DNA of 64,000 nt from positions 6,478 through 70,477 of the forward strand of contig NMRA01000779.1 in NCBI GenBank assembly GCA_002633005.1, written 5' to 3'. The notes under the pieces are model-generated. The model was given only the letters and a program-made list of their open reading frames with translations, did not search any database and was not told where the DNA came from. A program made the translations under genes and the position numbers. Shown in pieces: positions 25,796 to 36,882 of this stretch. This DNA is from Phoronis australis. Lineage: Eukaryota > Animalia > Phoronida. Each line of letters opens with the position of its first letter. The stretch's first letter is position 1.

Positions 25796-28700
25796 ATGAA
25801 GAACATAAAGTTATTGGTGGTTGGGGACGGAGGGGTCGGTAAAAGTTGCCTGCTTATCTCGTATACTACGAATTCCTTCCCGGGTGACTACATCCCTACT
25901 GTGTTCGATAACTACTCTGCTAATGTAATAGTCGACGGTAAACCGTTCTGCGTAGGACTGTGGGACACTGCCGGACAGGTGGGACAGGCTTAATTGTTGA
26001 AGGTTATTTAATGAGCAAGAGAACAACACGGTATCGCTAGGATTAAATTGAGCTTAAACTTGTTGACAATCTTATATCACGTAATAAATTCAGTTAAAAA
26101 ACAGTTGGACCACCCGGCTGCAAGTCTTTTTGGTCGAGTTTTCTGCTTATGGAAATACAAAAGTCAGGTTGTCGTCAGTACCTTCCATCAGTTTCCGCAA
26201 GTTTTTCACTAGTTGATCAGATGTGTTCTACTAAGGTTTATCATCCGGTTGTTTCTCATCTTGTATCTGACAGGAAGATTACGATCGTCTGCGGCCCCTC
26301 TCATATCCAGCAACTGACATTGTTCTGGTATGCTTCGATGTCACAAGTTTTGACTCGTTTTCGAACGTAGAGGAAAAGTGGATTCCCGAACTGAATCACT
26401 TCATTCCTGAAGTACCGAAAATTTTGGTCGGATGCAAACAAGGTAAACACCTACTGTAGGCCTACAACGCGTAAATACGTTAATCTTGGATTGTAAATTC
26501 AAATAGATGTCATTATGACTTTTGCGTTTTTCTACTGAGCGTTTCCTTTGTCTACTGATACGTCTTAGCCAGCAGGTGGTCAGTTTCATGGTTTTGCCAG
26601 CCAGAAAAAATAATTGCTGACTCTGACCAATGGTTGCGAGATTATATGGGGCGTCGTGGGAGACCATTTCCAACCTATAGGTGAAAAAAAGGTTCAGTCA
26701 CGCACCTCCATCAAACTAAGAATATTCGCGGAACTGAGTTAATAAAAGGTGAAATGGCACGCAACAGGCTTCGATCTTTTAACAGAATAAAACTTGAATT
26801 TCCATAAGCCTGACGTCAATTTTGATTTCTTGACCTTTGCTCAACGATAAATATGGAATCATTGCCATATTCCATATTCCAAATAAGGGCATTTCAATGA
26901 GATTGTTAGTTTTCGATTGACGTACACTGGGTCGCGATTACTAATTATCGTAAGACAACAACTGTGTTTCATAACAGAATATACGGAACTTTGAGTTGTA
27001 TTCTACCTCAGCGGTTGCCGTGGCTTGTAAGGGAAGTACAGTTAAGACACGGAATTTTATCCATCTGTTTGAAATATCCTAATCTATTCTATAATTTCGA
27101 TTTTTGTTCTTGCCCTTTATAATTTGAAGGGACTATCGAGTCAAAGCATGCGCGGCGGATACCAGCACTTCGACCAATCAGATGATTGAACAAAACACAA
27201 CAAAAACAGATGGATTATTTACATAACCCGGTACAGTCCATATTTTCAAAGATGATCTAGGCTGTATTGAGCGTCTGAGTCTACCCTATCCAATGTGTTG
27301 TAATAATACAAAGTACTATTAAAGTAGGGAGTAATTGACTAATGAAGCTTGTTGTGTTCAAGAAGTTACGTCATCGGAGCATGAATATTACTGGTTTTCA
27401 GTTTGACGTGGAATCGTTCAGTTTAGGCTTAATTAGTCGGCGGCCCTGGCTGGCGGCCCTGGCTGGCGGCCCTGGCTGGCGGCTGGCATGAAAGAGACTG
27501 ACAAGTGAATTCTAAAAAGCAATACCTCGTTTTTGCTCATTTGTGTTTTTTACAAATGTATTAGCAAGGAACCCAACAAAATAAATGGAATACCACAGTT
27601 TAATATAGGTTATATTGTAATTATAATTATGAAGAATGCGCGTACATTTTTGAGAACTAATGAGTAACGCTTATAATAATTTTCGTTCTTCTATTAAGTC
27701 ATATAGTCCTACAATTTACCTGAGTTCGACTGGGAGGTAGCATACACCAGTACATTTGATGTTTACGAATTTGAGAATACAACTATATGTATTATTAGAA
27801 AACCATGTAACATGGGAAACCAATTAGGTGTTGAAACCAGTTTTTGTTTCACAACATAGTTTTGTTCTCAAATAACAAAGATTCCCTTTTGCTTTGTTCA
27901 AGACCTTCGTTGTACCGCCACCGATCCAACAAGGCTGACTTCGTTCGAAGAAGGCAGAGGTCTAGCCAAGAAACTTAATTTGGTGGCCTACCGCGAGACG
28001 AGCGCCCTCACACAGCTGGGTGTAAAACAATGCTTCGAAGATGCGGTAGGACTGTTTAAATATCACTATATACCATTTCACGTTTTCAAGTGTTTTCTGT
28101 TACCGTAACCGGGTTATACTGTGTCACTGTTCGATGACTTTACCTACTAGAAGTGACTCAACAGGAAGTGCCGTACCCCAAAGCGAACAAAGGCACATGT
28201 ATCAAAATACTGACAGAGTTACATTCAATGCACTTAACTCCACCCAAGGGCTCAGTTTTGTGGTAACAATTTTTCGATTGAGTACATTTCTAAACGAATG
28301 TTCTAAACCTTTGCTTTTACCAAGAAAATTCAGAAACACAGCTTATAGCAGCGTTCGTATTCTTAACCATGGTGGCAGCTTGTCGAATTCGGTCCAAACT
28401 TGTTTGATTACCTCCCCTGGCTCTCTCCAGATCTATCATGTAAGCCTCGTTACACAAATTCGGAATGTGCGAGAATGAATGAAGCAGAATCAGCCGGAAT
28501 GAAACATTTTACAAAATTCGGGTGTGAATTCGGCAAACCATATTTTGCGGGCCACAAGACTGGACGCGGATGTTTGGAATGCAGTCAGAATACAGTTAGC
28601 AGTTTTAGAATGCACTTGGAAAATCTCCGAGTATACGAAGAATATTCATACCTGCAACCTTCCGTCTCATTCCACCTCTGGCGTGAGTACACTTCAAACG

Positions 28701-31700
28701 CCACTGTGGACGTCTTCATACATATCGGAAAATTCCTCACTAAGTTACAAAGAAAAAATTTTGTCCGCCTTCTCGACGTCACTTGCTAATCACGCAATCG
28801 CAATGTTTTCAGATTCGAGCCACCATTTGTTCGGACGGTTCTCCCAGAGCAAAGGGTGGATTCTTCTCAAAAAGCAAGAAACCTCTGCCGCTGCCACCCG
28901 TGATGCCCCCTGCTGGTAAGAGGTTCAATCGATTTGTAACATAGGGGCTGCCCCCTAGTTTGCACCCTTGTTTGCCTTTCAGCATGCAATTTAAGGTTAC
29001 TCCGGGACTTATAAAATGGACCACAGTTCGTTCTTCAAGGGCTGAACGCTTTAATCTTACATACCGAATGTTTCATTTCCGAAATAATCCCAACAATCGA
29101 GCAGGCCTCTCCTTAAAGTCTTTTTCACCACAAGTCACAACAATTACTTACCTGGCAGTTTGTAAAGGGAACAGAACAATTAATTCAGGTGGAAGACTGA
29201 TTGTGCTACTGTATCCACAGGGAAAGCTCCTTGGATTGAAATAGAGACCGCGTCGTTTGCTGACCACTGGTTGAAAGCGCTGCAAAACCCGAAACACACG
29301 GACATGTGTTTTCAGCTTGAAGACGGACAACGTCTACTGGCACACAAGATTGTCATTTGCAGTGCCTCAAAGTACTTCGCACAAGTTCTGGGAGTTGAAA
29401 CGGATGAGGGGGTAAGAAAATGACATGTTATAAAGTCAAGCAAAGGTCTGGCTGGCTAAGAACATAGTTGTCCTTGTGCCTGCCTGTCTGTCTGCCTTCG
29501 TTTCAGTTAACCAATCACCCATCTTCACAGACGTATTTCAACAGTGTGTATGTATTTTGAAGTTATCTGCCCAGAAACGACGAAGGTGCATAGCGGCGTT
29601 TTTGCATTTGCGACAATCACCTACAAAATTATTTTGCTGTGCAAAAGATGACAAATAAGTTGCAGGGATAAACAGATTTGCACACGCATTGCATATTATG
29701 CCAACGTCTTTCCTGGAAACGCATTCGTCTACGTAGGTGTACAGTGAGAGCTATGAAACATTTGTTATTTGCCAAGATGTTACTCAAGTCGTGTTTGTTA
29801 TTTCCTGTAGATCAACCAGTTAAAATCCTTTCAAAACACCACCACTAATCGAGCCAGCATCAACGAGGGAAAGTGCGAGGGTCTGTCTGCTATTTTCGAC
29901 GAGTTCGACGACCAATCGGGAAAGAGTATCTCGGTCATTCAACTAAGTGCCGCCATCACGTCACGTGCTGTGGTTCACCTACTTGAGTTCCTGTACACAG
30001 GTACTAGTTTCGTGCTATGTAAAATGTTGTAAACCTTTATAAGTTTTTTATCAGGGATGAATTCAAAATAATGTCCATGACCATGCGCGCACCCAGCCTT
30101 CAATGTGGGGGGGGGGCTCGAATTCCTGGCGATATGGACCTTTTGGTAACAAAAAAAGCGGGTGGACTAACAAAAAAAAAACGGGGTCACCACTGTGAAT
30201 TGCGCGTTTGTGCTTGTTTAGTGGACTTTTGTCTCATTTTCTTGGACTTTTTGTTTCTCAGAGTCGGACCTTTTTGCCCACTTCGCCAAATTTGGGGGCT
30301 CCTTCGAGCCCCCCGAGCCCCCTGGGTGCGCGCATGATGACGTCACTCAAATTTCCGCCATGCGTTTTACAGGGAGCTTAGTCGTATAAAATGCAGATCA
30401 AGCAAAAATCAGTAAGGGTTAGTTCTACGGTAGTCAACTATTTGTCACTATTTTGGAAACTCAACTCAGTACTGTTCTGTCGTAATTGGAACACACATGC
30501 GCAAAATTATGCATTGGCGCCATGTATGTGCAACACTTTCACTTTGATTCCAATGTGTTTTGAAGGTCAACCTGATTTCCAAGAAACACCATCTGATGAA
30601 GTATTGGAAGACTTGAAGAACGTTTCCAAAACATTTCAACTTCCTCATTTAGAGACGATCTGCCGTAACATAGAGAAAGACGAAGACTTTCTAAATCCAA
30701 GCATTGGGACATTTTTGAACGACGAGACTGCAAAGAGACTAAAACAACTCTTTCTCAACAAATCTTTGTATTCAGACATCACGTTTCAAATAGGAAGTAA
30801 GTAAATGATCACCTCAACTATGTATGATACACATTTCTAAACAACACTCAACTAAAAAAGAGTGATAATACTGATACCGCAACTTCTCCCCATAGCGATA
30901 TCATGGGCACGGAAACTGTATTTTGTCTCCGCTCTTTGACGTATTGTCTTGAGAAGTAACATGTCTTTTTTCTAAAGCAAATGTATAATGTCATATGTTG
31001 ATGTAATACAAAATGATTGGTTGCCTTTCAGAATGCAAAATACACGCCCATAAAGTCATTCTTGCAACACGTTGTGAGGTAATGGCGGCCATGTTTTGCG
31101 GCCATTTTGCTGAAGGTAAAGGAGGGAGCAGTGCATGCACAGTTTCGCTCCCAGATGCCGAGCTTGACAACTTCTTGGCTCTCCTAGAGTATTTATATAC
31201 CGACCATGCACCAATTGAAGAGGGTGATTCAGTGGGAATACTTTACACAGCGGATTTATACTGCCAGACACGACTCATTAATCTTTGCGAACTGTACATT
31301 TCAAAGGAAGTGGATCGGTCAGTTACAAAATGTATCGAAACATCACAGATTGACGTCATCGGACTCTTGCATCTAGCGCAGGTAACCATTACAACTTCTA
31401 CTTATTAGTATTGAATAGTTACTTAAGCTATTTACCTCTTCATTATAAAACGCTGGTTTTCCAGAAGTCTTGAATTACCGCGAACACACCCTTCGTTAAT
31501 TTATGCATGCTTTAATAGTGTACGTAAAGAATATCCTCATGTCCTGTTCTCACCACGCCTTCTTTTCGTTGGCTTTCAAGAGTGTCAGGTGACTGTGAAG
31601 TTTCTTCGATATCTATGAATCTAGATTTTTGCGATAACTTCAAAACCGGAAGATCGGCTAAATTTGGTTGTGTGAGGTTTAGACTTCGCAAAATGACCTC

Positions 31701-32667
31701 TGTATTGGTATGACCTCTGTATTGGTATGACCTCTGTATTGGTATGACCTCTGTATTGGTATGACCTCTGTATTGGTATGACCTCTGTATTGGTATGACC
31801 TGTGTATTGGTATGACCTCTGTATTGGTATGACCTCTGTATTGGTATGACCTCTGTATTGGTATGACCTCTGTATTGGTATGACCTCTGTATTGGTATGA
31901 CCTCTGTATTGGTATGACCTCTGTATTGGTATGACCTCTGTATTGGTATGAGCTAAACCAATACGACCTCTTGTAAACAGCCAACTAGCAAAATAAAGAT
32001 CAATCGGATGTTTGGTCCACCAACGTAGCGTTCTGTACATAACCTCTCTGGTGAGAAAAGCAAGATCTCGCAAAATCACGCGAGTGTAGAGTGAGTGATT
32101 CGCGAGTATACTCTGGCACTTAATAGAAGTGGCTTAGCAACATGGCGGCCACTGAAATGATTGATCGGTGGGGTTAGAATTTTGAATTATGGGATAGAAT
32201 TTTAACTGTTTGGGTTCCATAGGCGAAGTAAACGCTACAATGTAACGTACTACCATAACGGAACCCAGCCAATGGGTTTTCATTCTTTGTGTGAACGCCA
32301 CATAAATTTCATACCTGTCTAATATGCCAAAATGATTAAATCACCGTCAATAATGCCGCTAACAATGTCATTGTTTTGGTCAGTCTCAACATTTCGTCTC
32401 ATGGTAAAGTAAAGGTTTATCAATCAAAGGTTTCGTGTTTGTCTTCAGCGCCACAACGCGGCTCAGCTGTCCACGTGGTGTCGCCACTTCATAGCCACCA
32501 ATTACCTGGCCTTCCAGAAGAGGAAAGAGTTCGCCTTACTTGACGGTGAAAATCTGGATTACGTCACGGAACACCAATGGCCCCCAACTGACTACTTGAA
32601 CGAAGTGGACGAGTACGAAAAAAAAGTTGCGGAAATAACTAAGGCAGAAAAATGCAGCATCATGTAA
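25796..32667 (+). CDS. RHOBTB: Rho-related BTB domain-containing protein (RacA-type RhoBTB), 592 aa, spliced
   Basis: Nine phase-consistent exons: 25796-25978, 26274-26442, 27903-28045, 28813-28915, 29221-29411, 29811-30000, 30566-30796, 31032-31381, 32449-32667. Motifs: [47 protein letters not shown]; Pro-rich [10 protein letters not shown]; BTB1 ([10 protein letters not shown]...LEFLYTG); BTB2 ([10 protein letters not shown]...LEYLYTD); QWPP C-terminal domain; CAAX CSIM. Confidence 0.93.
30082..30336. mobile_element. MITE with 5-bp TSD in a RhoBTB intron
   Basis: TIR CATGCGCGCACCCAG / CTGGGTGCGCGCATG; TSD ATGAC at 30077-30081 and 30337-30341. Confidence 0.88.
31693..31951. repeat. 17-bp minisatellite
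   Basis: Unit TATGACCTCTGTATTGG, about 15 copies. Confidence 0.95.
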
Positions 32668-33769
32668 ACGTGTTACTGCTGATATGGCTATGCAGAGATA
32701 CTCAAGGAACTTGTCTGAACAGTTCAGGACTTGTAATTTTAAGTTATCAGTCGATTATGTGTTTATTTATTAATCTAACTGTTGTTTATTGTGGTTCTCA
32801 TTGTTACATATTTCCAAGTACATAGTGACATTAACACATGTAAGTCACAATAATTAAATGTCATCTGACTATTAAAGATTTCTTTTGCACTGCAACACAT
32901 GCCAATTCATGTTGGCAATTCTGTATTTTAAAAGATTTTAGGTGTAAAGGAGTAAAATTTACAAAGAAACTTTCTTTCAAGAGGAGTCCACTTTCAATTT
33001 GATCTTGAAGTTTAGAGGTAGAGAACACACGCATTTATAATAAAACTCTGCGCTTGCACGCGCAGAGTAAAAAATTTTCCTTTCAATGTTTTTTTTTACA
33101 CCGGCGTTTCTGATTGGCTGGTCAAATTCTTAACAGGTAGCGCTTTACGCAAACAGATTGGTTTGACTGATGGATGAAGCGTTTATGTGGTCTGTTCAGA
33201 CAAATCGATGCCTAATTCGTGTTCAAGAAATGTTAATTCCAGAAAATTGTGGTTTCACCTTTTCAGAGTACATCTTTATACTGTTGCTGACTTTTGTTTA
33301 CGTTGCAAAACTATAAAGGTTCACAAAATAACGAAGTTTGCGAAAAATTCAATGTTGGCATAGAGGTCGTCAATATGAAAGCCAATGCGTTACACACCGT
33401 GTAAAACAAATGTATGAGTACTGACACTGAAGACGATGACATTGGATGCAAACAACTGTCGTATAATCGTCTGTTAGTGGCCGGAGACGCATTTACTCAT
33501 ACAGGTTAAGTCATCGTAGTTCAAATCGTTGCAGTATGGTTTCGTAGTTATTGTAACTATGTGAGAATGTAACACAAAGTGCGACAGGCTCTGTACAAAT
33601 TAACAAATTGAAGATTAAGGCGATAGTTTGTGCAAACCCACAAACCACAATTTTTCGCACAAACTTTGACAATATAACATTGTGTCAATTTAAGAAGTTG
33701 CGTCAGTTTGTCCCATTTTACAAAAGTTGCTCAGGTAACCATACTGTCGTGATAAAACGCCGTCACTTA

Positions 33770-34125
33770 TGTTGGAATGACGTCACAACATGACGTGTTG
33801 TATTCGAACGACACCACATGACACTTTATGCTAGTATGACGCACTATGTTAGAATAACGCGTTATGTAACAGAATGACGTCAAATGACGCTTTATGCTAG
33901 AATGGCAGGCATGACATGTGGTGTTAGAATGACGTCAAATGACGCTGTATACTAGAATGACATCACACATGACGTGTTATCTTAGAATGGCGTCACATAA
34001 CGCGTTTTTTCGAATGACTTCACATGACGCGTTATGTTAGACTGACATCGCAGGTGGCTTCATGCTATAATGACATTACATTACGCTTTATGTTTTATAC
34101 GACGTCATATGACGCGTTATGTACG
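33770..34125. repeat. Degenerate ~30-bp tandem repeat rich in ATGACGTCA
   Basis: Recurring GAATGACGTCACA.ATGACGCGTTATGTTA-like units. Confidence 0.7.
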
Positions 34126-34454
34126 CTATCACACCATTTCGAGGACGTTCAGCGAAACACCTTAAAAGTTAGCGAAAATTCAGTTATGGGTTCTGAAACT
34201 AGCGACGCAGATTGGCCCTCCAAATGAGACTAGAAATATTACGAATATAAGAATACATACCAGTCATCAGAAACGACATAACTAGTTGTTTATGCATCAT
34301 TTTGTTAGTAAGATTAACAATAGTTTCTTTCTTATCAAGATCCCATGGGATAACAACATTGTTATACTAAAAAAGGCTTATTCTGAATAAATATATCTTG
34401 CAATACAAAACCGGATAACGTACCCAGACATTTAACCTGATGAGCATCTGTTAA

Positions 34455-34900
34455 AGGAGAATGCCACCCGATTTAATTAGTTTTTTTACCGTCTTAATCG
34501 GTCTACATCCACATCGCCTCTTATACTGTCGACCTCACCTTGCCGAGAGGTGTCGCGTAACATGTGAGGAAGGTGGGAAACGACGCAGCGAAGTCAGTGG
34601 TTCGTCTGCAGAGTGAATGCCGCTATATTGCGATGCATCGTTCCCGCTTGTGTCCGAACAAGAAGCTGCGAAGAAAGCGGGTATATCGTTTTAGCGACTT
34701 CCTCGAGAGCCCTAAATGCTTAGGAAGTGGCTCGCAGTAGTGAAGAATGAAAGATACGCTGTTAATAGAAAGTATGAGGCCGTGAAACACCAACGTGTCT
34801 GTGGCCGGCAGTTCGTCGACAGTGAATTCTCTGACGAATTCCGGCTTACCAAAGAACTATCCATACGTTCCGTTGCCTACAAACAAAAGACTAAAATTCC
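34455..34900 (+). mobile_element. Kolobok-like left-end fragment with decayed THAP (second family)
   Basis: TTAA|AGGAGAATGCCACCCG start; broken THAP MPLYC...GISF*RLPREP*MLRKWLAVVK...HQRVCGRQFVDSEF. The right end was not found. Confidence 0.6.
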
Positions 34901-35401
34901 CCCTGTGTCTTATGAAATGAAGACTTTACTTAGTTGTACTTTGCACCTTTTCACTTCTTTGATTACAATCTTACGCTTCCAGATTTTGATTCAATTGAAA
35001 GAGTACTTGGCAATAAGCCAATGACCCAAGTGAATGCGTGAAGTTTACGATTTCACCTCTAGGTAAAAATGCAAATGGTGGAGTGAAAAGCGAACAACAA
35101 ATTATCGAGTTAAGAAGGGCTTGCTTTCCGTGCAGTTTTATTCGCCGTATCGTTTTTACGAATATCTTTATGGGATCGTAATATGAACGTGTGGGGGTCA
35201 ACATGCGATGTGCAATGGAAGTGCAATATATATGTCACATAATCTTACACGCTCCCAACGCAAGTACGTTCAACACTGTGTTTGCCATTTTGTGCTCACA
35301 GATTTCGACGTGATGACATCTTATTAAAATTAGTAGTCGGCGAGCGAATTTATTTTGAAGCACGCAATTTTCGTGCATTCGTATTCGTTGTATCATTTAT
35401 A

Positions 35402-35782
35402 TAGAATTTGTTATATGCACGACACTTTTCATTGTTCACAGTCTTTATTCCGTTACGTTCATACTTTCGGAACAAAACTCTACTCTCAACTGAACATAGA
35501 TACAGTAACTGACCTAGAGACAAAAGACACACGATATTTCGAAACATACTTGTTTCATTCTCAAGTGAAGATAAAATGACGCAGTATTGCCACCACAGTT
35601 ATTTTATCTTCACTGGAGAATGAAACAAGTGTGTTTCGAAATATCGTGTGTCTTTTAATTATGTCGCTAGGTCAGTTACTGTATTTACGTTCAGTTGAGA
35701 GTAGAGTTTTGTTCCGCAAGTATGAACGTAACGGAATAAAGACTGTGAACAATGAAAAGTGTCTTGCATTTAACAAATTCTG
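35402..35782. mobile_element. Fold-back MITE (about 180-bp inverted arms, ~17-nt loop), TA flanks
   Basis: 35402-35580 is the near reverse complement of 35598-35782. Confidence 0.88.
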
Positions 35783-36336
35783 TATAACCGAAAACTTGCT
35801 CCCGAAGTACAGCCAGTTGTATCATATAGAAAGATAAAAATGTCTAGGTTACATGCTGCCTTAATTTGCACGCGTGCGGGTCAGTATCAAATGTGATATG
35901 TACGACACAATATCTACACTTTCGACGTACAGACTTTCCAACCCCGTTTAAGATTCACGGTTGGTTTATTGAGAAGCAGTAAATGTGCCAGTAGCAATAA
36001 ACTTGCACAAGAGCAGGTAAGTAAGTATATGTAGAACAAAGGCACCCTTTTTCAACGCTGGCACACGCTGACTCAGTTGACATTTTGACTTTGTAGAGTG
36101 CCAGGTATCGAGATTGGTCATGTAGTTGATTGCTTACGTCAGTCAATTCTTGGCTCGAATGGAACTTGATCCGTTCAACGAATTTTTTTCGTGATTTTGT
36201 GAAATGAACATTAATTAAAGTCAAAAGAAATTTCGAGGATGGTAGAAAAAACTTGTTGAATGTACTAGTACAAATAAAATCAACTCAAATTGCCTTGGGA
36301 TATTTAGGGAATCATAAATGGTTTTATCCGGTCCCG

Positions 36337-36689
36337 TAGCGTTGGCCAAAGAGGTCAACGATACGCCGTTAACTTCCGCGCGTAAGTTAATTCTTGTTAG
36401 AGACGTTAAGCAATTATTTGCAACGTAAAGTAATTATTTGCGGCGTAAAATAACTATTAACTGCTTAAAGTAAATACATCACGCCATAAATAATTAGTTT
36501 ACGCCGCAAATGATTACTTTACGCCGTTAACAATACTTTACGCCGCAAATAATTACTTTAAACCCCAAGTAATTTATTTACGCCACAAATAACTACTTTA
36601 CGCATCTAAATAATTACTTTACGCCTCTAACAAGAATGAACTTACGCACGTAATTTAACGTCATAACGTTCATCATTTGGCTAACGATA
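36337..36689. mobile_element. MITE with 6-bp TSD and internal ~21-bp repeats
   Basis: TIR TAGCGTTGGCCAAA / TTTGGCTAACGATA; TSD GTCCCG at 36331-36336 and 36690-36695. Confidence 0.8.
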
Positions 36690-36882
36690 GTCCCGGTTAT
36701 ATTTTCCCTCTTTTCAAATCGTCTAACATTCTGTACTCTCAGATTTTGACCGAATCAAATCATGAAAAACATTGCCTTAATGACAAGAAAGTGCAGTGGG
36801 TCATTGAAAAAGCTGATGTGTCGAGTTTTATTATCTCAGCGAACAGTAGAAACAATCCATGGTTCTTTAATTTGCAGGAAAA

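Noticed and set aside
31621-32079. 152-aa repetitive ORF on the - strand
   Set aside because: Derived from the 17-bp minisatellite in a RhoBTB intron.
35350-35837. Twin ORFs MFRNIVCLL... on opposite strands
   Set aside because: Mirror translations of the two arms of a fold-back MITE.
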